Shown piece by piece: positions 52,401 through 64,000 of a stretch of DNA of 64,000 bases; positions within the stretch are counted from its first letter, which is position 1, and every line of letters starts with the position of its first letter. Origin of the DNA: Gnetum montanum (taxonomy: Eukaryota; Plantae; Gnetophyta); NCBI GenBank assembly GCA_015680685.1, contig MNCI01002682.1, positions 654,355 through 718,354 on the forward strand, in the 5' to 3' direction. The position numbers and the translations under genes were made by a program. The notes beneath the pieces are model-generated. The model was not told where the DNA came from and made no database searches. It worked only from the letters and a program-made list of their open reading frames with translations.

Positions 52401-55400
52401 CAAATTTTACTTTGTTAATATAATAATTTTGCTTATTCAAAAGGAAAGTAGTGGACCCCACTGAGGAACATGGTTGCCAACTGTGGAAACTTGCCAAGGG
52501 GATGCACCTGGACAAAAACCCTAGGGAAGAGGAAAACCATAATCGATTGAATAAAGCACATGAGATTTTCACTGAGCCTTGGACCATAGAACTTATTTTC
52601 AACCAGCTACATACCCGATTTACCGATTGCCCATGCACCACATATCCCAAGTAACCAAGGATCCGCTCTGGCCAGACTGGGGGTCTTTTGTATCTGGATA
52701 CGGGTCCAGTATCTGCCCCTCTTTCTTGTACGTTCTTATATCTTCTTTATAATAAAGAGGTAGCTTGGAGGAGACACCCTCCACCTAAGCTGAAAATCAC
52801 AATAAATAACATTGCATTCCAGCCTTACAGTATAACCCATAGCTTACATGCTATGATGGACTTCTCCAGTTTTGGTCTTTGTGTACCTGCCCTATCCATG
52901 TTCTATATCATTGTAAACTTAAAGGGTTAATACCCAAAAGCTTAGTGTGTGTCCCACCAAGCAAGGTCACAAAGGGCCAATAGATGAGTGAAAACTTAAC
53001 CTCTTTTGGAGTGGTCTCGAACCTAAGCTTTATGACCTAAGTAACAAGTCTCTTAACATCATTCTAAATGATAGACCCTTTACCATTACAAAATTTCTGC
53101 ATAAATAATATAACATCCTAAACTTTTGTCCAAAAAAAAACAAAAATAAAAAAGGAAACAAAGAAAAGGCTATCAAAATTACAGCTCAGAATATCGCTAT
53201 GAAGAAATCCTTTGCTTGTTCCAAATATAATGAAATATTAAAACTGAAAATTACAACATTCATTTAAGAATTCCAATTAATGAAAAATGGTGACATTCAA
53301 AAAAAAAATTGTAAAGAAATAATTTTAGTCAGCATAGCACCTGTGAGACTCTGATACAAACACTAGTGTGTATATCTGCTCCTTCTCTCCTAAAGATCGA
53401 ATCCTTAAGTACCTGCAAATAAATACATGTGGCTGGGTAAAAAATCACGTTTAATTTTTACTGCAACAATTTTGTGATGGTAAATAACATACAGCTATAA
53501 AGACATAAGGATATAGCTTTATCAAATTATCTAAGTTTATTCATATTTAAAAGCTATAAATCATTGTGCAAATACTTCTGACAAAACAAAAAATATATCC
53601 TTTATTCATGTATGCCATCTCCAAAACAGCAAGGTATTATCAAACATGTGTTACTTTCTACGTTCTTGGTGATTGTTGCATGAATGACTGTGATGGTAAA
53701 AGTGCCCACCACAAAATGGAAATAAACTGATACCTTGACTTTGATAATGAGATCACCTGGTGGAATCCCTCGACCTCCACTAGCACCAGCTCTTTCAACT
53801 TTGATTACATCTCCAGATTCAATCCCTGATCGTGAAAATGCATATATACATATAAGATACATATATATCTCTACTGTATTAAGCAAGAACCTTGACATTC
53901 AATTTCCAAGTGTCATTGAAAATGCATAATCATTAACGTTACATGAAAGAAGACCTGAAACCTAATTAATATCTTGAACCAGTAACAATGAATGAATTGG
54001 GATCCCTAGGAGTTGTATTCCTAGGTCCTTAACTCATAGAGGTGATGTAGCACTGCCACTCTAATAAGAAGGCCAATTGTACCTTAAGCTAAGAGAGTAA
54101 TCAAGTTTACTTTATCTTGCTTCTCCCATAATTCTGCACTTACTCAATTTTCCAATCATTCTAAATTAAGTACCCCAGGTCAAACCCCCCTATAATTCTC
54201 AAGGGATCTGCTTATAACAAGATGTCCTTTCATTACCAACGTTGTATAATCACTGGCATTTTATCACATGAGTGTTTATTTAACAACTATTGTACATGTG
54301 AAGCCAAATCATGAAAAAACTCTTATTAAATAATTCTTGAAAAAGCCATTTTGATTATGTAAGGGATGTTTTAAAAACCATTTTAATCGAGTGACAGTCA
54401 AAGTAAAATTCTATTTTGTTTTGAAGCTGAATTACAAAATTCATGGACAAGAATGTAATCTGATCTACAATATAGCAGCCTTTCAAAAATCTTGTTTGGT
54501 AACCATTATACTAATGAGATGGCATGACAATTTCTAGTCTTTCTACTAAAACTTAGAAATATTCTTATAACATTACACAAACTTATAGGTCTAAAGTTAA
54601 ACATGGATAAAGCACTTTGCTTTTTTGGAATCAAAGTAATCTACATAGAATTAAGAGACATTAGTAGATGTCTAAAGCTCCAGAATTTGTGGACCATATC
54701 GTGTATGTCCCTATTGACAACATTCCAATAATTCTAATAGAAATCCATGGGAAAGCCATCAGAACCAGGTGCTTCATTAGTTTTCAGTGTGAAAACAACA
54801 TTTTTAATTTCTTCAATACTTACAGGGTTATTCAAAAAAATAATATCAGTCTCTGCAAATTTAACTTCAACATTGTCATGTACTTTACTTAATCCTTCGT
54901 ATGGAACCGCTGAAGATGAAAATAAATCTTTACAGCATTTAACTACAATATTACTAACTTCTTCTTTGCCCTGTGTTGTTTCTCGATCTTCATTCATCAA
55001 ATTCATAACATTATTCTGAGCGCAATGCATCTATGCTGAGTGAAAAAATGTAGAGTGAAATTTCTTTGCTTAATCCACTAAATTCTAGATCTTTAAAAAC
55101 AGCAGCTTATTTCCAAATTTTGAAGTTTTCCAAAGTCAACAAGCTATTGTCTTTCTTTAAAATCATTTTCTTTAATCGACCATTGATTCTTATAGTGTGC
55201 TGAATATTATGAAGATTTATCTGTATTTATTCCTTCCTCTTCTGCCAATTTAAGATGTGAGCATCATACCAGTTTTTAATTTTAGTTTTAGTGTTTTTAA
55301 AGTTTTTGCAAACAAATGAATTATTTGTAACCATGGTCATTAGTTCTCAACCAATGTTAGGCAAGCATGTGTCCTTGGAAAAATTTTTGCATTTAGGACA

Positions 55401-58400
55401 TTCCAGCAACGAGGACGTGTCCCTAGCACTCCTAGAACGCAGATGGGACGTGGTCAATTTTGACTACTACCTCTTAGGAACGGTAAAAGATACTTAAAAC
55501 GTATCATGACATCCTCCAAAGACTTTTTAGCATACGTGTTTGGCCCAGTCAAAAACATAAGTGGTATACAGAAAACTTCAACCAGCCTTCTATCATCCGG
55601 CCAAAACATTTAAGATGGTGTGGTGCTGATAAAAGATTGAAGCAGCATTGGTGCATTGAGGATCGAAGATTGGAGTGCAATTTGGGACTAAAATTTCCCA
55701 AGCTGCCTCCAGTGGATGGAAGTTTCAATTGTTTAAACCTTGAGAATAGTGATGTGTATCTTCAATGAATTTTTCTTGGAACCGCTCTGCTGCCTGTGAT
55801 GATTTTTTATTTAAATCACTTAGACCAGAGAAACTCTGTACTTGAAGAAAAGTTCAAATAGCGCAACTTCATATTTTCTTGTTGTTAACAATTGTAGACT
55901 AGTGGGCTTTCCTCATCAATGGCTCCAGTTGTTGTGTGTTTTGATGGATGACTGCAACTCTGCTCCTGTTTTCTGTAGCAAGTGCAAGAAGACCCTTAGA
56001 TTTTAGCCATTTTTCTATACCTGTAATTTGCTCCATTCTTGGACCTAAGCTTTGGAGTCCAGGCATAGTAGAATGCCAAAATCTAAAATCCAACTCTGCA
56101 TCTTTTATCTAGTTTAACTGCAATTTGCATGTATTCCCCTGTCTATGCATTTTAAGATTCAGTATTTGGGTATTCCAGTTCTCACTATCTTAATCTCTAA
56201 TGTATTGCACTGCAGTTGTGCTGTTTTTTCTCTGATTTGTTATAGCAATAGTGTCTGAAATCTGAAACTGAAAATGCAGTTTTATTACATCCGAAGGCCC
56301 ATAGAATATATTGGACAGATATTACATTTTCATGAAAAATAAAGACACTATACATATTGAACAAGCACTAATGGAGGCAACAAAAGTAAATCATCCAACT
56401 TGTTTGCTAGAACATTATAACGTTGTTGCTGACTTCCTCAAATTCAAAAGAGAGCCAGAAAGTGGTGGACAAGTTTCATCAGGATTTTAGGCCCAGATGT
56501 GCATATCATATCCTGCCATTTCTGTAATGATTTTTTTGTTATGGTGTGTGGGTTTTGTGGGGATCATGGCCATGAAATGGGGCCCAGTTTCTGTTTAAGA
56601 ACTCAACGCCTGTTTATCTCTTTTTTGTTGATTAGAGAGTCCCCTCAGCGAGATCCCTCCCTAGGTCTCTTTTCATTTGCAGTTGTATCGGGGGTACCTC
56701 TCCCCAGCTTTTTTGCATGTACATTGTACACTTTGTATTGTAATACACTACTGACCTTTAAAAAAAAAAAAAAAAATTGTAACGCTGTCTCCAAAACACT
56801 TACAGATAGGCCAAACCGGGTAAGAAATCATAAATTAGTTTTTGATCAAAAAGCAAGTTAGGTGGCTTGTGTTTTTATGTGTGATAAGCTTCCAAGGTTG
56901 ACTATGGTATGGTTTCCTACAGTAGGATTTCTTGCAGTTTATGTCTGTGCATTAGCTGAAAGTTGCATGCATTTTGTGCAAAAATTTTAACATCAGTGAA
57001 GCTCAATCCTTCTTCTAAAGTCTAAAATGGAAAGCCACATAGGCATTAGGCTACCATGACACCGATGCTGTGATATAAGAAGGGTTTTATTCTTTGCTAG
57101 ACAAATTGCAAGTGTGCTTGTTTGGTAAGAAATTCTCCATAAAGCATGAATGTTATAAGTTTGAATGTAGTTTTGAAGTTACCCGTGATTAATGAATATT
57201 AAAGAACAATCAGTAGCTAAATTATTTTATGTGTTTTTTCTTATTCTGTTTGCTATTGTGCACTGTTGTGTTTTAATTTTTCAGATTTCTTATATTTGGT
57301 AAGATTGAAATCAAGTACACAGCAATATCTCCTTTCTACAATTTTATGGCTTCAAAAAGCACTCAGGAAATTAAGTCAGTCAGTGAGGCTGAGCCTAACC
57401 ATGAATCAGATTTTGAGCCTGATAAAATTGAAAGTCAAACAGTGACATCTTATTCAACTTCAAAAGGATTCTGTCACTAAGGAGATCAATGAAACAGATT
57501 GTAAATCTGAGATTTTAGAGACATGCAAAAGGAAAATTTAATAAGAAATTTCCATATCGCCAATTAGTGACTGTGATTGTTGATGAAGACAAAAACAATG
57601 AAAATTTGGCTAAACTTGTTAGTAGCACAAAAAAATTTAAATGTAATCTTGATAATCATGTCTTCAGTGGAAGTGCTTCTTGTGTTCACAATTATTTTTT
57701 TCAATCATATGAAAACAAAAAAGGTATAGGAGCAAGAGCATATAATTTCCCTGATTCAAAAATAATAGAAGAGTTGTAAGCATATGTGCAACATGCAGCT
57801 GTTAGAAATGAAATGGCAACAAGCTCTGCATGTAAATTTTCTTATTTTTTTTATTTTTTTGCAATTTGAATATAATATAGTTTTGTATTTGATTATTTAC
57901 TACTTTATTTTATTTGTACCTCTGCCTTGCCATAGCTGTCAGTTCGTATTTATTACAACTAAAACTAATTTTAGCTAGTTGAAAACTGAACTTCGTTTTT
58001 CATATAAAAGACTCCGTTGAAATTTGCTGATTTAAACTATGACAAAAATAATGCCTTAACCCAAAAATTTCAGTTGCCTCACAACAATAGTTTCTAAATG
58101 AGTGGACATTTAACAACAGTTCAAAATTAGTAAAAAGATATTAATTTCTCTGAAAATCATAATTTATACCTGCTGGAATATTCACATTTATCTGTTTCTG
58201 TCCTTGGACAATTCCTAAGCCTTTGCATGTAAAGCATGATGCCTGCTCCATAATTATTACAGGTCATGGACAACAGAGGGCACACCATGAAAAATATATA
58301 AATAGAATAAAATAATACCTTTTGACTGTACCTTAACCACACGGCCTGAACCCTTGCATGTTATGCATGTTGATGTGAATGGAGGAATTACAACCTGGAA

Positions 58401-58569
58401 AAATCAGCAATTAGCAATGAGGTAACGAAACGAAAAGGACTGCAAATTTCAGCACCTAAAGCATAGCCAGCGTTGGAAATTTCAGTTAAAATAGATATGC
58501 ATACTTTGCCAAAGCCTTTGCATGTAGGACACGTATGTGCCTTAACCCCTGGTGGGTATCCACTTCCCT
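25491..58569 (-). CDS. ATJ1: Mitochondrial DnaJ1/ATJ1-like type-I J-protein, 3' part only; exons 5'->3': 58505-58569, 58332-58394, 58170-58242, 53734-53825, 53341-53412, 45268-45324, 27978-28026, 27813-27882, 25861-25950, 25491-25623
   Basis: Ten GT-AG exons with consistent phases translate to GSGYPPGVKAHTCPTCKGFGK|VVIPPFTSTCITCKGSGRVVK|ASCFTCKGLG...IPAG|IESGD...|...FRREGADIH...|AILGGKVKVPTISG...|IPKGVQPG...LRGKG|...DHGDQYVEF...|TERQRAILEEFA...|...IFGILAVVYIILTWVLSGG*. It has CxxCxGxG repeats and the IPPFT motif typical of ATJ1. J-domain exons were not found in the window. Confidence 0.9.
26011..26033. repeat. (TA)n microsatellite
   Basis: About 11 TA units. Confidence 0.9.
27230..27352 (-). 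mobile_element. tRNA-derived SINE remnant
   Basis: Minus-strand A-box TAGCACACTTGG and B-box GGTTCGATTCT at tRNA-like spacing; no proper cloverleaf. Confidence 0.6.
28849..31290 (-). mobile_element. Degenerate Ty1/copia element: 3' LTR (28849-29168) with integrase, pre-integrase, protease and gag remnants
   Basis: TG...CA-bounded LTR with a PPT-like flank at 29169+. Remnants include LELVHFDECG, FKEF...QQQNSLV and SWIW...MCPNKDLF; RT appears deleted. Confidence 0.7.
31300..31860. repeat. Dispersed repeat, copy 1 (copy 2 at 37335-37885), unclassified TE fragment
   Basis: About 550 bp of colinear similarity (roughly 80% by eye), e.g. both contain TTTGTCCTTCTCATCATCCCCTCACACATAGAACTACA. Confidence 0.85.
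33450..36170 (+). mobile_element. Very degenerate L1-like LINE remnant
   Basis: DD-like motif at ~35463 and zf-RVT-like MLAWLL at ~35705; no intact ORF. Confidence 0.4.
37335..37885. repeat. Dispersed repeat, copy 2, embedded in a longer unclassified remnant (36180-37890)
   Basis: See 31300-31860. Confidence 0.85.
39390..39639 (-). mobile_element. Short copia-type LTR (39402-39639) with a tRNA-iMet PBS remnant
   Basis: The minus strand reads TGTTGAGAC...AGCA followed by TGGTATTAGAGT. It resembles LTR 28849-29168 (shared TAGAATGCAATA...CTCAAAAGAAATG). Confidence 0.65.
40324..44374 (+). mobile_element. 5'-truncated L1-clade LINE (RT, zf-RVT, extra Transposase_32/PMD-like domain, coiled coil, 3' UTR, A-tail) bounded by a 23-24 bp TSD
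   Basis: RT motifs (KPGRVPSLNG, FQPIGVCNT, LDISKAYD, GLRQGQLLSPYLF, YTDD, YLGLP), HLVKW...GGLG and zf-RVT. A8 tail at 44359-44366. CAGGC(T)6-7AATCATTGGATC at 40301-40323 and 44375-44398. Confidence 0.9.
45740..46260 (-). mobile_element. L1 RT fragment
   Basis: Minus-strand RQGD motif at ~45850 with decayed flanking RT motifs. Confidence 0.5.
46301..46506. repeat. Perfect tandem duplication of a 103-bp unit
   Basis: 46301-46403 is identical to 46404-46506. Confidence 0.95.
47080..47600 (+). mobile_element. Degenerate L1 ORF2 C-terminal remnant
   Basis: HIVKWED...RGLG (~47105-47160) and zf-RVT-like KNVKMFGWLLRNDAI. Confidence 0.65.
47803..49254 (+). mobile_element. GC-rich 5'-truncated retroposed copy of the extra-domain LINE 3' region (copy 2), containing two assembly gaps
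   Basis: Translates ...GLQDTKLFFEGPVPSTRS...WARAVDLVDRFFVQSGNGSKLQGLHFAFLCCLKLGRQVNLPRFFLEAL...HSRLILALWQ and then an E/Q/R coiled coil. Poly(A) at 49243-49256; candidate TSD AACAGT(A/T)ATGGAA at 47790-47802 and 49255-49267. Confidence 0.75.
48183..49212. other. Assembly gaps (N runs 48183-48311 and 48982-49212) flanked by poly-C/poly-G
   Basis: N runs in the sequence. Confidence 1.
49257..50196 (+). repeat. Two tandem copies of a poly(A)-terminated LINE 3' end (49257-49651, 49652-50196), low-quality homopolymer-rich sequence
   Basis: Both start CAGTTATGGAACCTCATGG and end TTTTCTC(A)n; they are similar to 48880-48960. Confidence 0.8.
50197..51420 (+). mobile_element. Older degenerate copy (copy 3) of the extra domain plus coiled coil
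   Basis: LLRLYGENDFDASLFFPKWQGN, GEIIMPNSKGLQDAIDF and VLKSSLPLL*QQASEVVVHFSVQ*ENSSKHHGSHFSFL align to copy 1; E/K/R-rich heptads at 50950-51350. Confidence 0.7.
52027..52119 (+). mobile_element. Short tRNA-derived SINE remnant
   Basis: A-box TAGCTTAGTGG, decayed B-box CATTCAATTC and an A-rich tail. Confidence 0.45.
54300..55290 (-). mobile_element. L1 ORF2 fragment (endonuclease-RT linker and RT start)
   Basis: NPVSIEEIKNVVFTLKTNEAPGSDGFPMDFY (ORF 54734-55030), then LIPKK...FRPISLCN. Confidence 0.8.
56427..56776 (+). mobile_element. Short retroposed LINE 3' end with poly(A)
   Basis: Long poly(A) at 56759-56776; candidate TSD ATTATAACGTTGT (~56414) / ATTGTAACGCTGT (~56776). Confidence 0.5.
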
Positions 58570-61049
58570 CTGCAGAAACATTGTGTTAAATAAAATATTG
58601 CTACAATAGCATTAAAATGAGGATACCAAAGTCATTTATACACCAGCTAACAAAATCCCTACTAAACGTACATGCATGTGAAGCATCACTATGATGTTAT
58701 AAATTATACACAGTTTCTCATGCTACAAAAACAAATCTAGTAGAGGACAAAACTGAACGATATAGCAATTTAACAAGGCTGCAACTATAGCAAAGTCAAA
58801 ACTGACTTTTACATTGCTCAAGGAAGCAACCTGTAGCCTGTTTCCTGGTCACTCAAGCTCAGGTTCAAGGGACAAAGCACAACTCAGGATCAAATAAAGC
58901 GTAAACTAGCTGCAATATGGTAAAGTCAAAAGCATAGCCATATTTCTCCAATATTTCAAGGTTTATACTTTCTGAAGCCCAAAAAACAACATTTCATTTT
59001 ATTGAAACACCTACACAACAGTAACTTTTTCCAGTTCAACGTAGGCCCCCTGCCCATGGATGGCCTTTTTAACCCTGGATCATCAAAAATCCTCTCAAAG
59101 ATCTGCTACCATGACCTTTAGATCAGCCAGGCCATTGATCAGGGTCGGGAGAAAACCTTGGTGGTTTTTTACCACAACTATATTTCAGAGAAAAAGGAAT
59201 ACACTCAGATTTTTTCTATATTTATAGCAAAAACAATTTAACTGCACTATACAAGCAAAATCTAATGCCATGGCTGCAACATTGATGTCTACTTTGCATG
59301 TGCCAAGTTCTGTGATTTTAATCCCCTGAAGTTCAGAACTTTGCAGCCTTCAAAAACCTCTCAGGTAACCACGCGCATGGGCCTTAAATGACAATTACCG
59401 ATGGAATCAATGCAGGTGACTATCTAATATCAACAATGAAAGGTAGGTCACCCTTGCAAATAGAAGCAACTAATCACCAACGTAGCAATTAGTACTTTTT
59501 TCTAATCATCAGTCATCAGCCCATACTACCAAGTGGCCTTTAAAAATCCAATGGTTGAGGTCTTGAAAAAGTAATTGTAAGTTGAGCCAAACCTACTAAA
59601 CCGAACAAAGTAGCTTGTCAATGGTGGAATGTTGGTGTTAATACTTGGTATAATAAAAAATCAATTGAAAAATGTTTTTTATTTTTCTAGATATCCGTAT
59701 AGCTAAGAATAATAAAGGGGGAAACTGTTAAAAATCACGACAATCCATTATGAAACAACAAGTTTTGAATATAGTCATACCAAAATAACGAGATTACAAA
59801 AGGATCCCTACCAGAAGCACCTTCATGTAAGATGAATTTACCAAATTAGAAAAATATGTTATATAAAAGTTAAATGTTGCCTACCCCAAAAAGAGATCTC
59901 TTGAACTAGAAATTTTCTAAAAGAAATAGGTCCTTGGGACAAGGCTAAAATGATCATGATAAACAAGTCCTTTGTGGATCCTCCTCATAGAAGCCAAGGC
60001 TAGATTTCTGTATGGAAAACATGGAGAATTTCCACATCGAAGACGAGGTGGATCTCCACAATTCAGAGGCAGTAAGATAATCTTGGTAGCATAAAACCAA
60101 TAATTCCTATGGAAGGAAATAGACCTCAATATTTTGAAATCAAATATATCCACAAAATAGATAAATTTCATTATACCACACAAAGCTTGCAGTTTGCTTT
60201 TGCGAGATGTTTCGAATCATATTAGATTCATCATCAGTTGCAATTAATATCTTAAGGATATAGAAAATAAATAGTGCTAAGGTCAATGATGAGTTGAGAT
60301 AAAGTGGGTACATGTAGTTTAAAATTATTTAAAAATATGATATTCTAAATTTACAGATGAAGAAAAAAAAAAGCAAGAAAAATTAGAAAACTAACTTTAA
60401 AAGTATAACAGGTAGTATTAGAACAAAGTAAAGAATCATTACCAACGAATTTTTACAATATTCTGACAAGAGAAAGCAAGCAAAGTTTAAAAATTTAAAA
60501 ATAGTAAAATACTTTAAGTTTAAAAATTATAAAAAGAACAACAAAAAACAAGTTAAAGAAGAAAACCCCAAGAGAGCAAAAACAAGATATAGCCTATTGC
60601 CCACAAGAATGTACTAGGCTTGGCCTTAACAAACTACATTATTTAAATATGGCCCTTTTGAGAAAGCTAGCATGGAAGATTTCTACAGGGCCCACTGCAA
60701 GCAACGTCTAAAAACTCGCTAGCAAATTTCACTATGTCAACTACTAAAATTTCATATTTGACATCAGCTAGGCGGACACAACTAAACCACTGAAGTTTTT
60801 ACCAAAAGTGTAACATTCATGTAGGTTGATCAAAGTGTCTATGGAACACACTATCATACAAATTCAAGATGATATATAGTTAAGGATAATTTCTAACAAA
60901 GCAGCTTCGTAGCTGAAAATGTCATCAAGCAATGTAACTTGTATCTGTTTATTTATTTTAATAGAAAAGTAACTGGATTTCATAATCAAGGTTATTTTGC
61001 AACCATGATACAGATTTGACTTGCCTTGAGGCAAGGCAGAGACAGGCTC

Positions 61050-61760
61050 TAGAATCAAAAGGATTCAAAATTAGTTTTAGTAAAACAAAATACAGAATGT
61101 AATTTTAGTAAAACTATGAACAATGATGAAATCAAAATACTAATTTGAGGTCAAAAAGTTATTCAAGACAACACTTTGCTTCTTTGATTCAATGCTCCAA
61201 TCAAAACAGATAGACAGCATCATCTCCCAAAATATCTACCCTAGAAAAGAGCTTGGTTGTTAGATTGCTTGAAGGAATGTGCGTGGACTACAGAGCGCTG
61301 AACAAGGTGACGATAATTTCTAAGTACCCTGTTCCTAACGTTGCAGATTTGTTTTATCGACTGTCAAACGAAGGTGAAATTGATAAGGATATAAGAAATA
61401 AGATTGAAAGATGATGGTCAAAATGGAGATAAGCTAGTGATGTTTATATGATAAAAGGATCCCAATAAAACTAGAAGGAACATTTTACAAGACAGTACTA
61501 AGGTTTGCTATTTTATATTGTGCTAGATGTTGGGCTGTAAAAAGTAGTATAAACCATAAATTAGTGTGATTCACATGTGTAATCCAACTATTAGAGGAAG
61601 ACTTGAAGAGGTACCTATTACAAATAAGCTACAAGAATATTATCTTAGATGGTTTGGCCATACCCAAAGAAGATCAGACATTGAGCCTCTCAAAAAACAT
61701 TGCCACACTATAATTCTTAAAAAGTCACTAAGAGGAAGACCAATAAAGCACAGGGAAAGG
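61050..61760 (+). mobile_element. RTE-clade LINE fragment interrupted by a short Ty3/gypsy RT piece
   Basis: GEIDKDIRNKI, KLEGTFYKTVLR and LRWFGHTQRR...RGRP motifs. Confidence 0.75.
61265..61365 (+). mobile_element. Ty3/gypsy RT fragment
   Basis: Encodes MCVDYRALNKVTIISKYPVPNVADLFYRL. Confidence 0.85.
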
Positions 61761-61769
61761 AAGTCACCC

Positions 61770-61905
61770 ATTCATAGAATTCTAGGGTTGTGGTAGAAAC
61801 CAAACCTCCAAGTAGAATTAATTAATTGTCTCTACTACACATGGTGACTTGAACCTTAAACTAGTAAGCCAAAACTGGAAGGTGCTAACCACCAAGCCAA
61901 AGGTT
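61770..61905 (-). mobile_element. tRNA-derived SINE remnant
   Basis: Minus-strand A-box TGGCTTGGTGG and B-box GGTTCAAGTCA. Confidence 0.55.
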
Positions 61906-62477
61906 CAAGTCATCCAATCATGATATAGAGGGAAATATTTTGAATAATCATATAAGGTTCTAAAAGAAATTTGATTTTAAACTTGTAGAGAAAAAGAGCA
62001 ACCAAATTAATAAAATGATAAAAGAATGACTTAATTATATTATTTCGAATTTTATTGTTCTAATGATATTAGTATTTTGGATTAAAAAGCTTGAGAGCAC
62101 TTGCATGTATATGGCTAACGATACAAGTTATTTGAACAAAATGAAATGTTTCATTAAAATGGAATTACAAAGGTTATGCTAAAATGGAAAACTATAATAT
62201 TTGTGTACATAATTAAAATATGCTACTAGTACAGAGATTTGTACAAATTATATCATGTTTAAATACAAATAAACTCCTTACCATATTTATGCCTACTTAG
62301 CTGTATTTTCTACTTTTATTTAGTACTCTATAATTTGTTGTCAAAAATCTTTTAAAGTTTTCATTTTCTATATTGTAATTTTTTTCAAACAACTTTTTCA
62401 AGCTTCAGCTGGAAAAACCATTTTACCAACTTTTTAATCTTTGTGTTTTACCCAATGTCAAAATTACTCAAGCAAAG

Positions 62478-64000
62478 CATTCATCATTATCATCATCCTA
62501 GCTTCATCACAACTCCATGGGGTTGGTTATATGAGTTCTTTCACACCATTTGCTTCTATTAAAAACCAAATAAACATTAATATCCAATTTTTGAAAGTTT
62601 TTCTTTATGCAAAAAAACCATATATGTTTTCATCTACCTCTTTGTTGGTTCCCCTCTACTTAAATAAAGCAACCTCTTCTAACAGGAGCATTCTGAAGTC
62701 CACTTAACACATGATGAAACCATCTAAGACAATTTTCCTTAGACTTCTCATATATGGGTGCTACTCCCAAACTTCCCTTAATAGAAGTGTTTGTTACTTT
62801 AATCTTCCCTTGTTATGTGCAACATCCATGTTAGCATATGCATCTCTATTACATGCCTGCCATGAGCCTAATGCTTTGAACAAGCTAGTATTCTACACCA
62901 TAAAGTAATGCATATCTGATAGTTGTTCTGTAGAAATTTCCCTTCAACCGAGTGGCAATTCTTCTATCATAAAGCACACCACCAACTTCCACCCATTTCC
63001 TCTACCCTATTTCAATTATGTTTGTCACATCCTTATTAATCTCACCATCTACTTGAACCAAAGACCCCAAGTATCTGAATTGCTTACATTGAGAAGCTTC
63101 TATTATAATCAGATCTGAAAACAATTAGATCTAAAAACACACTACAAATGCTCTAGAGAAATTATTAGAACCCTACAGATCTGAATAAATCATTAGAGGC
63201 AAAATATTGCGCTGTAGCAGGTCAAGAAACACTATAAATCACTCTCAAAACGTTCTAAACTCTAGCAAACATTTGTTGTGATAACAAAATGAAAGCAGAA
63301 TGAAAACAGTAAAAATAGCACAAGAACACAGAGAGTTATGTGGTTCGGGCCCTTTTTACCCTACTTCCACAACAATGCTGATCTGCCTTCTATTCTTCTC
63401 AAATCTTCAGGACACAAGCCGTCCTTGTAACTTTTCCAAACACCCAATCTATTATTCCAACAGATCTCAAATCAACACCAACAAGACTCACATCTCCAAG
63501 GTAAAACCTTGATACAATGCTTTCACTTAAAAGCACGCACTAAAGGCTACCCCAAGCCTTCTATTTATGAAGAAACATGAGGACCAAACCCCAATCCTAA
63601 TACATGTGGGATAAAACACCAAGGCTCCTATTTATGAGGAAACATGAGGACCAAACCCCAATCCTAATACATGTGAGATAAAACACATCCCCACATCAAA
63701 TGCAACATAAAAGGAAATACAACAATTAATGTTGTCTTCATTTTTCCAACAGTTTCTTGGTTTTGGATTTTAATTTCTGTATCTTCATTACTCACTTTCC
63801 AAGTAAAAGTGCACTCCAAGTATTCCATCTTACTTCTACCAATGCTCAACCTTTTTAATTCTAGGGTCCTTCTCTAAGCCTCCATTTTCGCAGCCAAAAC
63901 ATCCTTACATTCATCCACTAAAATAATATTATCAACAACGAGCATACACCAATGGATATCATCTTGAATATCATTGGTTAGCTCATTCATAATAATGACA
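62478..64000 (-). mobile_element. RTE-clade LINE (RT and 3' end with (ATG)n-type tail) interrupted by an LTR insertion
   Basis: 3' end CCAACCCCATGG...GATGATGATAATGATG; motifs LRWFHHV, FRYLG, SIGRSKMEYLEC and LVVDNIILVD. Confidence 0.8.
63274..63724. mobile_element. Copia-type LTR with an internal ~64-bp tandem duplication (63560-63690)
   Basis: TGTTGT...ACAACA termini and a GTGGTTCGG...CCTACTTCCAC motif; no clean TSD. Confidence 0.55.

Noticed and set aside
58570-64000. Further upstream DnaJ exons (J-domain, G/F region)
   Set aside because: No HPD-containing or EAxxGC-type exon was recognised; the region is intron with RTE, SINE and LTR debris.

Overview
AT-rich, repeat-dense land-plant nuclear DNA; the large TE-filled introns suggest a large genome, possibly a gymnosperm (inference only). 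There are two convergent host genes: a complete 5-exon MAT1 (CDK-activating kinase assembly factor, + strand, 18531-21200, 186 aa) and the last 10 exons of a mitochondrial DnaJ1/ATJ1-like co-chaperone (- strand, 25491-58569), whose 5' exons lie outside the window. The first 17 kb is a nest of Athila-like Ty3/gypsy elements: an LTR end, a solo LTR with TSD, an old element with an extra 3' ORF, and a 7.1-kb gag-protease-only element with both LTRs, PBS, PPT and TSD. The DnaJ introns (up to 17.2 kb) hold Copia, L1, RTE and SINE debris. Two observations stand out. (1) A TSD-bounded L1 LINE whose ORF2 runs from zf-RVT, in place of RNase H, into a domain resembling the extra ORF of Athila-type LTR elements (Transposase_32/PMD-like) and then a coiled coil; three diverged copies of this domain occur within about 11 kb. 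(2) A duplicated, covarying stem-loop motif conserved across otherwise diverged LTR families. All alignments and translations were done by eye; no database searches were run.
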